Source: a virus
Taxonomy: Duplodnaviria > Caudoviricetes
Direction: 5' to 3' (one strand)
DNA: 46,667 nucleotides
IMG/VR virus record: IMGVR_UViG_3300039916_000024
Location: 1-46,667 of that record
Shown: positions 8,692-17,906 of the stretch, in pieces
Layout: the number at the start of each line of letters is the position of its first letter
Numbering within the stretch: the stretch's first letter is position 1
The notes under the pieces: generated by a model
What the model saw: the letters and a program-made list of their open reading frames with translations, nothing else
What the model was told of the DNA's origin: nothing
The model's database searches: none
Position numbers and translations under genes: made by a program

Positions 8692-9048
8692 ATGGACAGC
8701 ACGATCACTGGCTTCCGCTCTGCGGAGCCGCCGCTCACCGAGACGATGTTCTGCGCCTGGTTCGGCTCCGCCATGCCTGGTGACCGCATCGTCTATCACC
8801 GCGGCTTCCTGGCGGTCGACGGCTCGCCGCTCACCTCGACGGTGCCGGACGCCGAGCGTCGCGCTCTTCTGCGCGTCGCCGAACGCGCCCTGCAGCTGGC
8901 CGAGGACGGGTTGGTGCACCTCGTCCAGCGCCGCATGGGCGAAAGCGACTTCATCTACCTCGCCATCGCCCGGCCGCGCGCCCGCAGCCGCGCCGGCACG
9001 CTGGCCTCGGTCCTGGCGGCGGCCAAGCCGATGAGCGTCGCCGCGTGA
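8692..9048 (+). CDS. Hypothetical phage protein
   Basis: ORF with phage-like PGDRIVYHRGFLA..GLVHLVQRR..YLAIAR. Confidence 0.8.
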   Translation: MDSTITGFRSAEPPLTETMFCAWFGSAMPGDRIVYHRGFLAVDGSPLTSTVPDAERRALLRVAERALQLAEDGLVHLVQRRMGESDFIYLAIARPRARSRAGTLASVLAAAKPMSVAA

Positions 9049-9116
9049 TGGCGCTCACCGCTGACGCGGGCGTCGCGCCCGGCATCCACTCCACCGCACC
9101 CAACCAGGAGAACGGC

Positions 9117-9413
9117 ATGACGCCGCGGACTCCGCTCGACCATCTGCGCGAGAAGCTCTGGCTCAAGATGCTGCCCGACAGCATCGAGGTGCCGACCGGC
9201 CCGGGCGGCAGCCCGGTCATCACCAAGCCGATCGCGCAGGCGACGGTGGACGACGTGGCCTTCGCCGCCGAAGCGCTGTTTCGCCAGTCGGTCGCGCTGC
9301 ATCGCAAGGCCGACGCGCTGCGGCAGATTCACGACCTGGCGCGCCGCGCCGGCGCCGTCGGCACGGTCAATGCGACGGCCGCCGCCGCCCGCATCGTGGA
9401 CAACGCGGAATGA
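9117..9413 (+). CDS. Hypothetical protein
   Basis: AGGAG RBS before ATG 9117 (alternative start 9048); ATGA-coupled to the next gene. Confidence 0.7.
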   Translation: MTPRTPLDHLREKLWLKMLPDSIEVPTGPGGSPVITKPIAQATVDDVAFAAEALFRQSVALHRKADALRQIHDLARRAGAVGTVNATAAAARIVDNAE

Positions 9414-10312
9414 GCGTGCCCTTCGCGCAGGCGCCGGGGCGCGGCTTCCGGATCATCACCGCCGACGAACGGCAGGCCGAGCCACGCGGCGTCAAGGCCT
9501 GCATCTTCGGGGGCAGCGGCCAGGGCAAGACCAGCCTGCTCTGGACCCTGCTCGCCAGCACCACGCTCTTCATGGATCTCGAGGCCGGTGATCTCGCAGT
9601 CGAGGGCTGGGGCGGGGACACCATCCGCCCGCGCACGTGGCAGGAGTGCCGCGACTTCGCCGCCTTCATCGGCGGGCCGAACCCGGCGCTTCGCGACGAC
9701 CAGCCCTACTCTCCGGCGCATTACGCCGCCGTCTGCGAGCAGTTCGGCGATCCGGCGCTGCTCGCCCGCTACGAGACGGTGTTCATCGACAGCATCACCG
9801 TCGCCGGCCGGCTCTGCTTCCAGTGGTGCCGCGGCCAACCCGAGGCCTTCGCGGAGAAGACCGGTAAGCCTGACATCCGCGGCGCCTACGGTCTGCATGG
9901 GCGCGAGATGATAGCCTGGCTGACGCATCTGCAGCACACGCGCGGCAAGAACATCATCTTCGTCGGGATCCTCGACGAGAAGCTCGACGACTTCAACCGC
10001 AAGGTCTTCGTGCCGCAGATCGACGGCAGCAAGACCGGCCTCGAGCTGCCCGGCATCGTCGATGAGGTGCTCACGCTGGCGGCGATCAAGGATGAAGCCG
10101 GCGCGCTCCGCCGCTCGCTGATCTGCCAGACGCTGAATCCATGGGGCTATCCCGCCAAGGACCGCAGCGGCCGGCTCGACCTGGTCGAAGAGCCGCATCT
10201 CGGCCGGCTCTTCGAGAAGATCCGTGGCCCTGCGCGCCCCGCCGCCGAACGTCTCGCATTGCCGCCGCCGCCGCTCGCGCTGGCCGCCCCATCCGACACC
10301 CCGAACACCTGA
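9410..10312 (+). CDS. AAA_24 / Sak4-like ATPase (phage single-strand annealing protein)
   Basis: Walker A GGSGQGKT, MDLEAG, Walker B VFIDSIT, C-terminal AKDRSG. Confidence 0.85.
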   Translation: MSVPFAQAPGRGFRIITADERQAEPRGVKACIFGGSGQGKTSLLWTLLASTTLFMDLEAGDLAVEGWGGDTIRPRTWQECRDFAAFIGGPNPALRDDQPYSPAHYAAVCEQFGDPALLARYETVFIDSITVAGRLCFQWCRGQPEAFAEKTGKPDIRGAYGLHGREMIAWLTHLQHTRGKNIIFVGILDEKLDDFNRKVFVPQIDGSKTGLELPGIVDEVLTLAAIKDEAGALRRSLICQTLNPWGYPAKDRSGRLDLVEEPHLGRLFEKIRGPARPAAERLALPPPPLALAAPSDTPNT

Positions 10313-10328
10313 TCCGAGGAGATCCCGC

Positions 10329-10973
10329 ATGGCTTCCTGGAACGACTACAACGACGCCTCGCAGAACCCGAACCTGATCCCCAAGGGCACCATCGCCAAG
10401 GTGCGCCTCACCATCCGCCCCGGCGGCTTCGACGACCCGAGCCAAGGCTGGACGGGCGGCTACGCCACGCGCGGCAGCACCGGCGCCGTCTATCTGAACG
10501 GCGAGTTCACCGTGCTGGAGGGGCCCTACGCGAAGCGGAAGATCTTCACGCTGATCGGGCTCTACAGCCCGAAGGGCCCGGATTGGGGGAACATGGGCCG
10601 CAGCTTCGTGCGCGGCATGCTGAATTCCTCCCGCGGGATCTCCGACAAGGACGCCTCGCCGCAGGCCCAGGCCGCGCGCCGCATTGGCGGCTTCGCGGAC
10701 CTCGAGGGGCTGGAGTTCCTCGCCAAGATCGACACCGGCACGGACGCCAATGGCGAGGCGAAGAACGAGATCCGTATGGCGGTCACGCCCGACCACCGGG
10801 CCTATGCCGCCGCCACGGGGGCGCACCCCGGCGCGGCAGGGCCCGCGTATGCGCCGCCGGCGCAGCCCTACGCCCCGCCGCCCGCGGCCCCGACACCGGG
10901 CGCCTTCCCCGCCGCCGTGCCGCGCACCACGCCGGCGGCCGGTGCCGACAACCGCCCCGCCTGGGCGCGCTGA
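10329..10973 (+). CDS. Putative ssDNA-binding protein partnering Sak4
   Basis: GAGGAG RBS; LIPKGT..YLNGEFTVLEGPYAKRKIF; Pro/Ala-rich tail ending RPAWAR; position after the Sak4-like gene. Confidence 0.7.
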   Translation: MASWNDYNDASQNPNLIPKGTIAKVRLTIRPGGFDDPSQGWTGGYATRGSTGAVYLNGEFTVLEGPYAKRKIFTLIGLYSPKGPDWGNMGRSFVRGMLNSSRGISDKDASPQAQAARRIGGFADLEGLEFLAKIDTGTDANGEAKNEIRMAVTPDHRAYAAATGAHPGAAGPAYAPPAQPYAPPPAAPTPGAFPAAVPRTTPAAGADNRPAWAR

Positions 10974-10989
10974 GGGAGGGCCGCACCGC

Positions 10990-12666
10990 ATGATGCTCCG
11001 CCCCCGCCAGAAGCTCTTCGTCGAGCGCAGCCTTCGTGCGCTCGGCGAGCACGGCAACACCCTCGGCGTCGCCCCGACCGGCGCCGGCAAGACGATCATG
11101 CTGTCGGCGGCGGTGGGCGAGCATATCGGCAGCAGCGTGGCCAAGGCTGCCGTCCTCGCGCATCGGGATGAGCTCACGGCGCAGAACCTGGCGAAGTTCC
11201 GCCGCGTGAATCCCGCCATCTCCACCTCGGTGGTGGATGCCGGTCAGAAGTCCTGGGGCGGCCAGGTCACCTTCGCCATGGTGCCGACCCTGACCCGCCA
11301 GGCGAACCTCGACGCGATGCCGGCACTGGACCTGCTGGTGATCGACGAGGCGCACCACGCCGTCGCGGACAGCTATCGCCGCATCATCGATCGCGCCCTC
11401 GACCGCAACGCGGACTGCCGGATCTACGGCGTCACCGCCACGCCGAACCGCGGCGACAAGATCGGGCTGCGCCAGGTCTTCTCCAACGTCGCCGACCAGA
11501 TCCGGCTCGGCGAGCTGATTGCCTCCGGCCACCTTGTGCCACCCCGCACCTTCATCGTCGATGTGGGCGTGCAGGACGAGCTTCGCGAGGTGCGGCGTAA
11601 CGGCGACGATTTTGATATGGGCGAGGTCGCCCGCGTCATGGACACCGTGCCGGTCACCGACGCCGTGGTGAAGCACTGGCAGGAGAAGGCCGGCGGCCGC
11701 CAGACCGTGGCCTTCTGCTCCACCATCGGCCACGCCGAGCACGTCGCTGCCGCCTTCAACGCTGCCGGCGTCCCCACCGTCGTGGTGACAGGCGAGATGC
11801 CGGAGGGCGAGCGGCGCTCGGTCCTAGCCGCCTATGCGAGGGGCGAGGCGCGCATCGTCGTCAATGTCGCGGTGCTGACCGAGGGATGGGACCACCCACC
11901 GACCTCCTGCGTCGTGCTGCTCCGGCCCAGCTCCTTCAAATGCACCATGATCCAGATGGTCGGCCGCGGACTGCGCACCGTCGATCCGGTCGAGCATCCC
12001 GGCATCGTCAAGCGCGACTGCATCGTGCTCGACTTCGGCACTTCCTCGCAGATTCACGGCTGCCTGGAGCAGGACGTCGATCTCGACAGCCAGCCCGGCG
12101 AGGGTGAACCGCCCACCAAGACCTGCCCCTCCTGCGAGGCGGAGGTGCCGATCGCAGTGATGGAGTGCCCCATCTGCGGCCACGCCTTCGAGCCCCGCGG
12201 GCGCGAGACGGCGCCGCTCACCGACTTCATCATGACGGAGATCGATCTCCTCCGTCGCTCCGCCTTCCAGTGGTGCGACCTATTCGGCGATGACGCCGCA
12301 CTGCTGGCCAACGGGTTCAACGGCTGGGCGGGCATCTTCTTCCTGAACGGGGCCTGGCACGCTGTTGGCGGGGCGAAGGAGGAGCGGCCGCGCCTGCTCT
12401 CCATCGGGGAGCGGCTGGTGGCGCTGGCCGCGGCGGATGACTGGCTGAACGCGTATGAGACGGACGAGAGCGCCCATAAGAGCCGGCGCTGGCTGCGCGA
12501 GCCGCCGACCGAGCGCCAGTTGATCCACCTGCCGCCGGCAGCCCGGGCCGATCTCGGCATGACCCGGTACCAGGCCTCGGCGCTGCTGACCTTCAAGTTC
12601 AATCGCCAGGCCATCCAGCACCTCGTGCGCAGCGCCCAACCCGCGGCGCTGGGGCAGGCCGCATGA
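10990..12666 (+). CDS. SF2 DEAD/DEAH helicase with zinc ribbon
   Basis: APTGAGKT, IDEAHH, TATP, LTEGWD, QMVGRGLR, CPSC..CPIC. Confidence 0.93.
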   Translation: MMLRPRQKLFVERSLRALGEHGNTLGVAPTGAGKTIMLSAAVGEHIGSSVAKAAVLAHRDELTAQNLAKFRRVNPAISTSVVDAGQKSWGGQVTFAMVPTLTRQANLDAMPALDLLVIDEAHHAVADSYRRIIDRALDRNADCRIYGVTATPNRGDKIGLRQVFSNVADQIRLGELIASGHLVPPRTFIVDVGVQDELREVRRNGDDFDMGEVARVMDTVPVTDAVVKHWQEKAGGRQTVAFCSTIGHAEHVAAAFNAAGVPTVVVTGEMPEGERRSVLAAYARGEARIVVNVAVLTEGWDHPPTSCVVLLRPSSFKCTMIQMVGRGLRTVDPVEHPGIVKRDCIVLDFGTSSQIHGCLEQDVDLDSQPGEGEPPTKTCPSCEAEVPIAVMECPICGHAFEPRGRETAPLTDFIMTEIDLLRRSAFQWCDLFGDDAALLANGFNGWAGIFFLNGAWHAVGGAKEERPRLLSIGERLVALAAADDWLNAYETDESAHKSRRWLREPPTERQLIHLPPAARADLGMTRYQASALLTFKFNRQAIQHLVRSAQPAALGQAA

Positions 12667-12669
12667 TCG

Positions 12670-13041
12670 ATGGCGCGCTCCCCGGAACCGCCCTGCGCCG
12701 TCTGCTCCCGCCCGGCGCGTGGCTTTGGCTGGTTCGATTCGGCGCCGCGGAAGAAGCCGCGGCCGTCGGTCTCCTTCTGCTGCTTCGCCTGCCAGGGCTT
12801 CTGGTCGCGCTTGGCGGGGAGGTCGCCCGCCATGGTTGACCTCACCGAGCAGGAGAAGGCGGCGATGCGCGCCGCCATGCGCCGCGTCGCGGAGACGATG
12901 GCCGAAATCGGCTGGGACACCCGCTTCCAGGATCTGAGCGAGACGCAGGTGCTGACGCTGATCGAGGTCGCCGTCGGCGGCTTCCAGGAGGCGATGCAGG
13001 CGATCGCCCGGCAGGACGCGGCGGCGGAGGTGCCCTTCTGA
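12670..13041 (+). CDS. Hypothetical Cys-rich protein (DUF6511-like)
   Basis: CAVC..FCCFACQ; C-terminal EVPF; TGATG-coupled to the next gene. Confidence 0.75.
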   Translation: MARSPEPPCAVCSRPARGFGWFDSAPRKKPRPSVSFCCFACQGFWSRLAGRSPAMVDLTEQEKAAMRAAMRRVAETMAEIGWDTRFQDLSETQVLTLIEVAVGGFQEAMQAIARQDAAAEVPF

Positions 13042-13808
13042 TGCTCGACTTCAACAGCCGCAGCCAGACCTCCGCGCATGTGAATGCCGCCATCGACGCG
13101 GCGCTGGTCACGGCCAATCAGGCGACACCGCCGCGCAGCTACCTGGGCGGCTCCCGCCTCGGCCATGCCTGCGAACGGGCGCTTCAGTTCGAGTTCATAA
13201 AGGAGCCGAAGGATGAGGGCGCCGACTTCGACGGCCGGCTGCTGCGCATCTTCGGGATCGGCCACGCGCTGGAGGACGTGGCCGTGGCTTGGCTGCGCGC
13301 CGCCGGCTTCGATCTCTACACCCGCCGTGGGGGTGGCGAGCATGGCGAGCAGTTTGGCTTCTCGGTAGCGGGCGGTCGGATCCGCGGCCATGTCGATGGC
13401 GTCTTCGCCGGCGGCCCGACCATCCCCGGCATGGCGTTCCCCGCGCTGTGGGAATGCAAGACCATGAACGCCAAGGCCTGGCGAGAGACGTCCAGCAAGG
13501 GCGTCGCTGTGGCCAAGCCGATCTACGCGGCGCAGATCGCGGTCTACCAGGCCTATATGGACGCCAGCGTTCCGGGCGTGGCTGACAATCCGGCGCTGTT
13601 CACCGCCATCAACAAGGACACGGCGGAGCTGCACCACGAGCTGGTGCCGTTCAACGCGGAGCTGGCGCAGCGCATGTCGGACCGGGCGGTGCGCATCCTG
13701 GCCGCGACCGATGCCGGCGAATTGCTGCCCCGCGTTGCCGCCCAGGCCGACCATTTCGAGTGTCGCTTCTGCCCCTGGGCCGCGCGCTGCTGGGCGCAGC
13801 CTGCATGA
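13041..13808 (+). CDS. Cas4-like PD-(D/E)XK exonuclease
   Basis: YLGGSRLGHACER, GHVDG, WECKT, QIAVY, CRFCPWAARC (1+3 Cys Fe-S arrangement). Confidence 0.87.
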   Translation: MLDFNSRSQTSAHVNAAIDAALVTANQATPPRSYLGGSRLGHACERALQFEFIKEPKDEGADFDGRLLRIFGIGHALEDVAVAWLRAAGFDLYTRRGGGEHGEQFGFSVAGGRIRGHVDGVFAGGPTIPGMAFPALWECKTMNAKAWRETSSKGVAVAKPIYAAQIAVYQAYMDASVPGVADNPALFTAINKDTAELHHELVPFNAELAQRMSDRAVRILAATDAGELLPRVAAQADHFECRFCPWAARCWAQPA

Positions 13809-16165
13809 CGGCATGGGGCGACTTCAACGATGCCGCGCCGCTGCCGGATAACAGCGTGAGCGAACTTCCCGCCGCTGGGCAGATCGCCCTCGATCGACTT
13901 CCCGGTGCTGGGCAGCCGATGCCGGCGGCCCCGCAGCCCATCGCGCCGGACATCGAGCAGATCGCCGCCTTCCTCGACGTGGTGTTCGGCTATTGCGACG
14001 GGCTGATCCCGGTCCGCGGCTTCGTCGACCAGGGCCAGGGCCTCGACACCAAGCCGCACAACATCTGGGTCCCGGCCGACCGCCACGCCGCCGCATCCCT
14101 CAGCGCCTATGCCACCTGGGCCGCGCGCGAAGGCAGCGCCGTTTACGTCATCCCCGGCACCGTCGCCGAGCAGGGCCAGGCCCGCGCCGAGCATGTGCGG
14201 CAAATGCAGACGGTGGTGGTCGATCTCGATGCCGGCGACATCGCCGCCAAGCTGGCGCACCTCGTCCACCACCTGGGTGCGCCCACCCTCCTCGTCGAAA
14301 GCGGCGGCCGCACCGCCGAGGGCGCCGCCAAGCTGCATGCCTGGTGGCGGCTCACCGAGCCGGCCGAGGGGGAGGACCTGGCGCGCCTCTGCGCGCTGCG
14401 CGGCGAGATCGCGGAGAAGGTCGGTGGCGACCTGCACTTCCGATCTGCCCACCAGCCAATCCGCGTGCCCGGCACCGTCCACCAGAAGCATGGCGTGCAG
14501 CGGCGCGTCACGATCCGGGAGCACCACCCCAGGGTCGAGGTGGAGCTCCCCGACTTCGCCGCGGCGGTGGCAGCCATGCCGACCATGCCGACCATGCCGG
14601 GCCTGGAGGCGCCCACCGCCGCCCCTGGCGCCACCCGCCCCAGCCTCGATGCCGTCCTGACCACGCCGGTGCGCGAGGGCAGCCAGGACGCATGGACGCG
14701 CTTCCAGGGCGCCAGCGCGGCCATCGGCCATTTCGTCCGGATGGTCCACGAGGGCCGTATCACCGGCGACGAGGGCTGGGAGGCGATCTGCCAATATAAT
14801 GCCGCCTGCCTCCGCCCGGCCTGGCCGCTGGACCGGCTCAAGACAGAGGCTGACGCGATCTGGGCCCTGCATGTCGACCGCAACGGGCAGCCCCTGCTCC
14901 GCGCCGCGGCGCCGCCGCCCGGCGCAATCGCCGCGCACACCCTGGGCGCGCTGCTAGACGACACCTCTCCGATGCCCGACGACCTGATCGGGCCGCGCCT
15001 GCTGACCCCGGGCGGGATGCTGGTGCTCGGCGGCGCGCCGAAGGTCGGCAAATCCGACTTCCTGATCAGCCTCCTGGTGCATGCCGCCGCTGGCACACCG
15101 TTCCTGCGCTTCACGGCACCGCGCCCGCTACGGGTGTTCTATCTCCAGGCCGAGATCCAGTACCACTACCTGCGCGAGCGGCTGCAGCAGCTCCGGCTCG
15201 ACCCCGCCGTTGTGGCCCGCGCCCGCGACACCCTCGTCGTCACCCCCAAGCTGCGCATGCTGCTCGACGACCAGGGCGTGCCCCTCGTGGCCGCAGCAAT
15301 CCGCGCCGCTTTCCCGGATGCGCCGCCAGACATCATTTGCATTGATCCCATCCGCAATCTCTTCGATGGCGGGCCCGCCGGCGAAGGGGAGAACGACAAC
15401 GGCGCGATGATGTTCTTCCTGCAGAGCCGGGTCGAAGCGCTGCGCGACCAGGTCGCCCCCGAGGCCGGCATCATCCTCGCCCACCACACGAAGAAGCTCA
15501 GCAAGCAGCAGGTGAAGGACGATCCCTTCCTCTCGCTCTCCGGCGCCAGCGCGCTGCGCGGCTACTACACCTCGGGCGCCATCCTGTTCCGCCCCGACGA
15601 GGAGCAGACTGAGCGCGAGCTGCATGTCGAGCTCCGCAACGGGCCTGGCCTCGAGCCGATGCTGGTCGACAAACGTGGTGGTGCCTGGGTCGAGCTCGAC
15701 CGGACGGGCGAGCGCCTGGTCAGGAAAGACATCGGCCGCAAACTTGATGCCGAGCGCACGCGCCGCCACGACGTAATCCTGCGCCTCATCGCCGAGGAGG
15801 CGGAGGAAGGCCGGCTCTGCACCGCCAACGCCTTCGCGTCGAAATTCGAGAACAAGCGCGGGCTCGGCGGCAAGGACAACATCCGCGAGCGGATCGGTGT
15901 CCTGGCCATGAAGGGCTACATCAAGTACCGGCGCGAAGCGCGCGACCTCGGGCAGCCCTACACCAAATCGAAGAACGGCTACCTCGTCGTCCAGGACATG
16001 CTCCTCAGCACCGGCGAGGAGGTCATCGACCCCGAGACCGGCGAGATCATCCCGGCCACCGTCCGGGTGCTCCCGAGCCACTTCCAGTGCCCCCGAAGCG
16101 AGGCACTGCTCGAGGTCGAAAACCCCGAGGTGTGGGTGCTGCACGATCCCGATGAGCCCGCCTGA
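13805..16165 (+). CDS. Primase-helicase fusion (RepB-like primase plus AAA_25/RepA-like helicase)
   Basis: VVDLD, VESGG..KLHAWW, IRVPGT primase motifs; GAPKVGKS, ICIDP, LAHHTKK, SGASAL helicase motifs. Confidence 0.88.
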   Translation: MTAWGDFNDAAPLPDNSVSELPAAGQIALDRLPGAGQPMPAAPQPIAPDIEQIAAFLDVVFGYCDGLIPVRGFVDQGQGLDTKPHNIWVPADRHAAASLSAYATWAAREGSAVYVIPGTVAEQGQARAEHVRQMQTVVVDLDAGDIAAKLAHLVHHLGAPTLLVESGGRTAEGAAKLHAWWRLTEPAEGEDLARLCALRGEIAEKVGGDLHFRSAHQPIRVPGTVHQKHGVQRRVTIREHHPRVEVELPDFAAAVAAMPTMPTMPGLEAPTAAPGATRPSLDAVLTTPVREGSQDAWTRFQGASAAIGHFVRMVHEGRITGDEGWEAICQYNAACLRPAWPLDRLKTEADAIWALHVDRNGQPLLRAAAPPPGAIAAHTLGALLDDTSPMPDDLIGPRLLTPGGMLVLGGAPKVGKSDFLISLLVHAAAGTPFLRFTAPRPLRVFYLQAEIQYHYLRERLQQLRLDPAVVARARDTLVVTPKLRMLLDDQGVPLVAAAIRAAFPDAPPDIICIDPIRNLFDGGPAGEGENDNGAMMFFLQSRVEALRDQVAPEAGIILAHHTKKLSKQQVKDDPFLSLSGASALRGYYTSGAILFRPDEEQTERELHVELRNGPGLEPMLVDKRGGAWVELDRTGERLVRKDIGRKLDAERTRRHDVILRLIAEEAEEGRLCTANAFASKFENKRGLGGKDNIRERIGVLAMKGYIKYRREARDLGQPYTKSKNGYLVVQDMLLSTGEEVIDPETGEIIPATVRVLPSHFQCPRSEALLEVENPEVWVLHDPDEPA
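14574..14599 (+). repeat. In-frame 9-bp tandem repeat (CCATGCCGA)x~3 encoding MPTMPTMP
   Basis: Directly visible in the linker after the primase domain. Confidence 0.8.
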
Positions 16166-16193
16166 TGGCCCACTCGATGCGTCTCCGCACTGA

Positions 16194-16445
16194 CCAAAAC
16201 TGCTCCCGAAACTGCGCAGTTTCGGTCCGAATCTGCTCCCCTACCAAAACTGCGAAACTGTTTTTCGTCAATCAAATCAACGTCTTCTGGCTGAAAGCAG
16301 TTTCGCGTAACGAATCTGTCCGAAACTGCTCCGAAACTGCATTTTCTGACGTTAAATCAGTGACTTGGAGCAGTTTGGCAGATTCGGTTTTTCGCCTCCC
16401 CCCTACGGGGGGTGTGCGTGCGCGCCTCAACGGCGCGCGCACACC
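16194..16445. other. Putative phage replication origin (iterons, palindrome, AT-rich tracts, hairpins)
   Basis: About 11 copies of (C)GAA(A/T)CTG(C)-like motifs on both strands; perfect palindrome 16206-16225; CCCCCC-TAC-GGGGGG 16398-16412; directly after the primase-helicase. Confidence 0.7.
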
Positions 16446-16583
16446 ACACCTCGGGGGATCGGGTCGGGCGCGTGGGCCACCCATCCCAGGGTCATCCACC
16501 CCAAGCCGGGCAGCGACGGCGAGCTCCGCCAAGAACCGCGCCGTCGCCGCCCTCACCAGGATCATCCCCTCTCGGAGACCACC

Positions 16584-17132
16584 ATGGCACCCGCGACTCT
16601 CACCATGCACGCCGCCCATGCAAGCGGCCCGCCCATCGCCCTACCGCCCGCGATCAGCCTGGCGCACCACACCGTGCTCGCCCTGGATCTCGGCACCACC
16701 ACCGGCTGGGCGCTGCGGTCACGCGATGGCGGCATCACCTCCGGCACCATGACGTTCCGCCCCAGCCGGTTCGAAGGCGGCGGGATGCGCTTCCTGCGCT
16801 TCCGCGGCTGGCTGGCCGAGGTCGTCGCTCTGTCCGGCGGCGTTGCGCGGATCGTGTTCGAGGAAGTCCGCGCCCATGCCGGCACCGATGCGGCGCACAT
16901 CTACGGCGGCTTCCTCGGCATGCTCACCGCTTGGTGCGAGGAGCACGACGTCCCCTACGAGGGCGTTCCGGTCGGCACGATCAAGCGCTACGCCACCGGC
17001 AAGGGCAACGCCGATAAGGCAAAGATGGTCGCCGCCATCCAAGCCCGCGGCTTCGCGCCGGCCGATGACAACGAGGCGGATGCCATCGCCCTTCTGCTCT
17101 GGGCCACCGACCCCACGGGAGGCCGCGCATGA
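16584..17132 (+). CDS. RuvC-like Holliday junction resolvase
   Basis: LALDLGTTTGWA, IVFEEV, IKRYATGKGNADK, DDNEADA; GGAG RBS. Confidence 0.87.
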   Translation: MAPATLTMHAAHASGPPIALPPAISLAHHTVLALDLGTTTGWALRSRDGGITSGTMTFRPSRFEGGGMRFLRFRGWLAEVVALSGGVARIVFEEVRAHAGTDAAHIYGGFLGMLTAWCEEHDVPYEGVPVGTIKRYATGKGNADKAKMVAAIQARGFAPADDNEADAIALLLWATDPTGGRA

Positions 17133-17359
17133 GCATGCACGGCGCACCGCTGCCGCCCCGCTCCTGCCTCGACCGGGGCACGCGCAGCCCGACGAACGAC
17201 ACCGAGGTCAACGCCATGCGGGCTGCCGCCTGGCATCGGCATGGCGTTGTCGCCCTGCCGGTCGCCGACATCACCGACGACTGGCTGCGCCAGGCCATCA
17301 CCAACGAAGCAAACCGGCGCTGGGGGCGTCGCAATGGGGAAAGCCACCATGGCCGTTAA
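17129..17359 (+). CDS. Hypothetical protein
   Basis: ATGA-coupled 76-aa ORF filling the gap. Confidence 0.65.
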   Translation: MSMHGAPLPPRSCLDRGTRSPTNDTEVNAMRAAAWHRHGVVALPVADITDDWLRQAITNEANRRWGRRNGESHHGR

Positions 17360-17903
17360 GCGAAAGCCCAAGGCGGCGAAGCCCAAGCAGGACGACCTGG
17401 CGAAGCCCTCGAAGTGGCGTCTGCAACATGGCGACTTCTCCGAGCCGGTCCGCGACGCGGATCCGGACACGGGCTCACCCGTCGCCCATCGTCGTGCCGT
17501 CGACACGCTTGGGCTGATGCTGGCCAATGGCAGCATCACGCCGCAGATGCACGAGGCCGGGGCGATGTTCCGTGTGACCTTCCGTCTCGCGGCACTGGAC
17601 GGCATGCGCACCACGCAGTTGCTCCGCATCCAGGGCGGTGGCGGCGACCTGCTGAGCGAACGCCAGGCTGCTGCGCGCCGCCGGTTGGCCGCGGCCCTGG
17701 ACCTGTTCGGCGGCGCGGACAGTGCCGGGGGAAGCTGCCTGTGGCACGTGCTCGGCCTCGAGTGCTCTCTGCGGGAATGGGCGATGCGGCAAGGGTGGTC
17801 AGGACGTCCGGTCCATCACGTCCAGGCGCAGGGCATCCTGCTCACCGCGCTCGGTGTCCTGGCGGCCCATTATGGCCTACAACCGCGGGAGCGTGCCGCG
17901 TAA
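17349..17903 (+). CDS. DUF6456-like protein, putative late-gene regulator
   Basis: DTLGLMLANGSIT..LWHVLGLECSLREW..LGVLAAHYGL; Q-like position at the end of the early operon. Confidence 0.7.
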   Translation: MAVKRKPKAAKPKQDDLAKPSKWRLQHGDFSEPVRDADPDTGSPVAHRRAVDTLGLMLANGSITPQMHEAGAMFRVTFRLAALDGMRTTQLLRIQGGGGDLLSERQAAARRRLAAALDLFGGADSAGGSCLWHVLGLECSLREWAMRQGWSGRPVHHVQAQGILLTALGVLAAHYGLQPRERAA

Positions 17904-17906
17904 GCC

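Noticed and set aside
13041-13808. Cas4 as sign of a CRISPR-Cas locus
   Set aside because: No repeat-spacer array or other cas genes; context is phage recombination.
14574-14599. 9-bp tandem repeat as a phase-variation switch
   Set aside because: Unit is a multiple of 3 in a linker; copy change keeps the frame.
16194-16390. Repeat cluster as a mini-CRISPR
   Set aside because: Units are about 8-10 bp, in both orientations and irregularly spaced.
16165-16752. 195-aa ORF across the repeat region
   Set aside because: Translation mirrors the DNA repeats (NCS/ETA); better explained as a non-coding origin.
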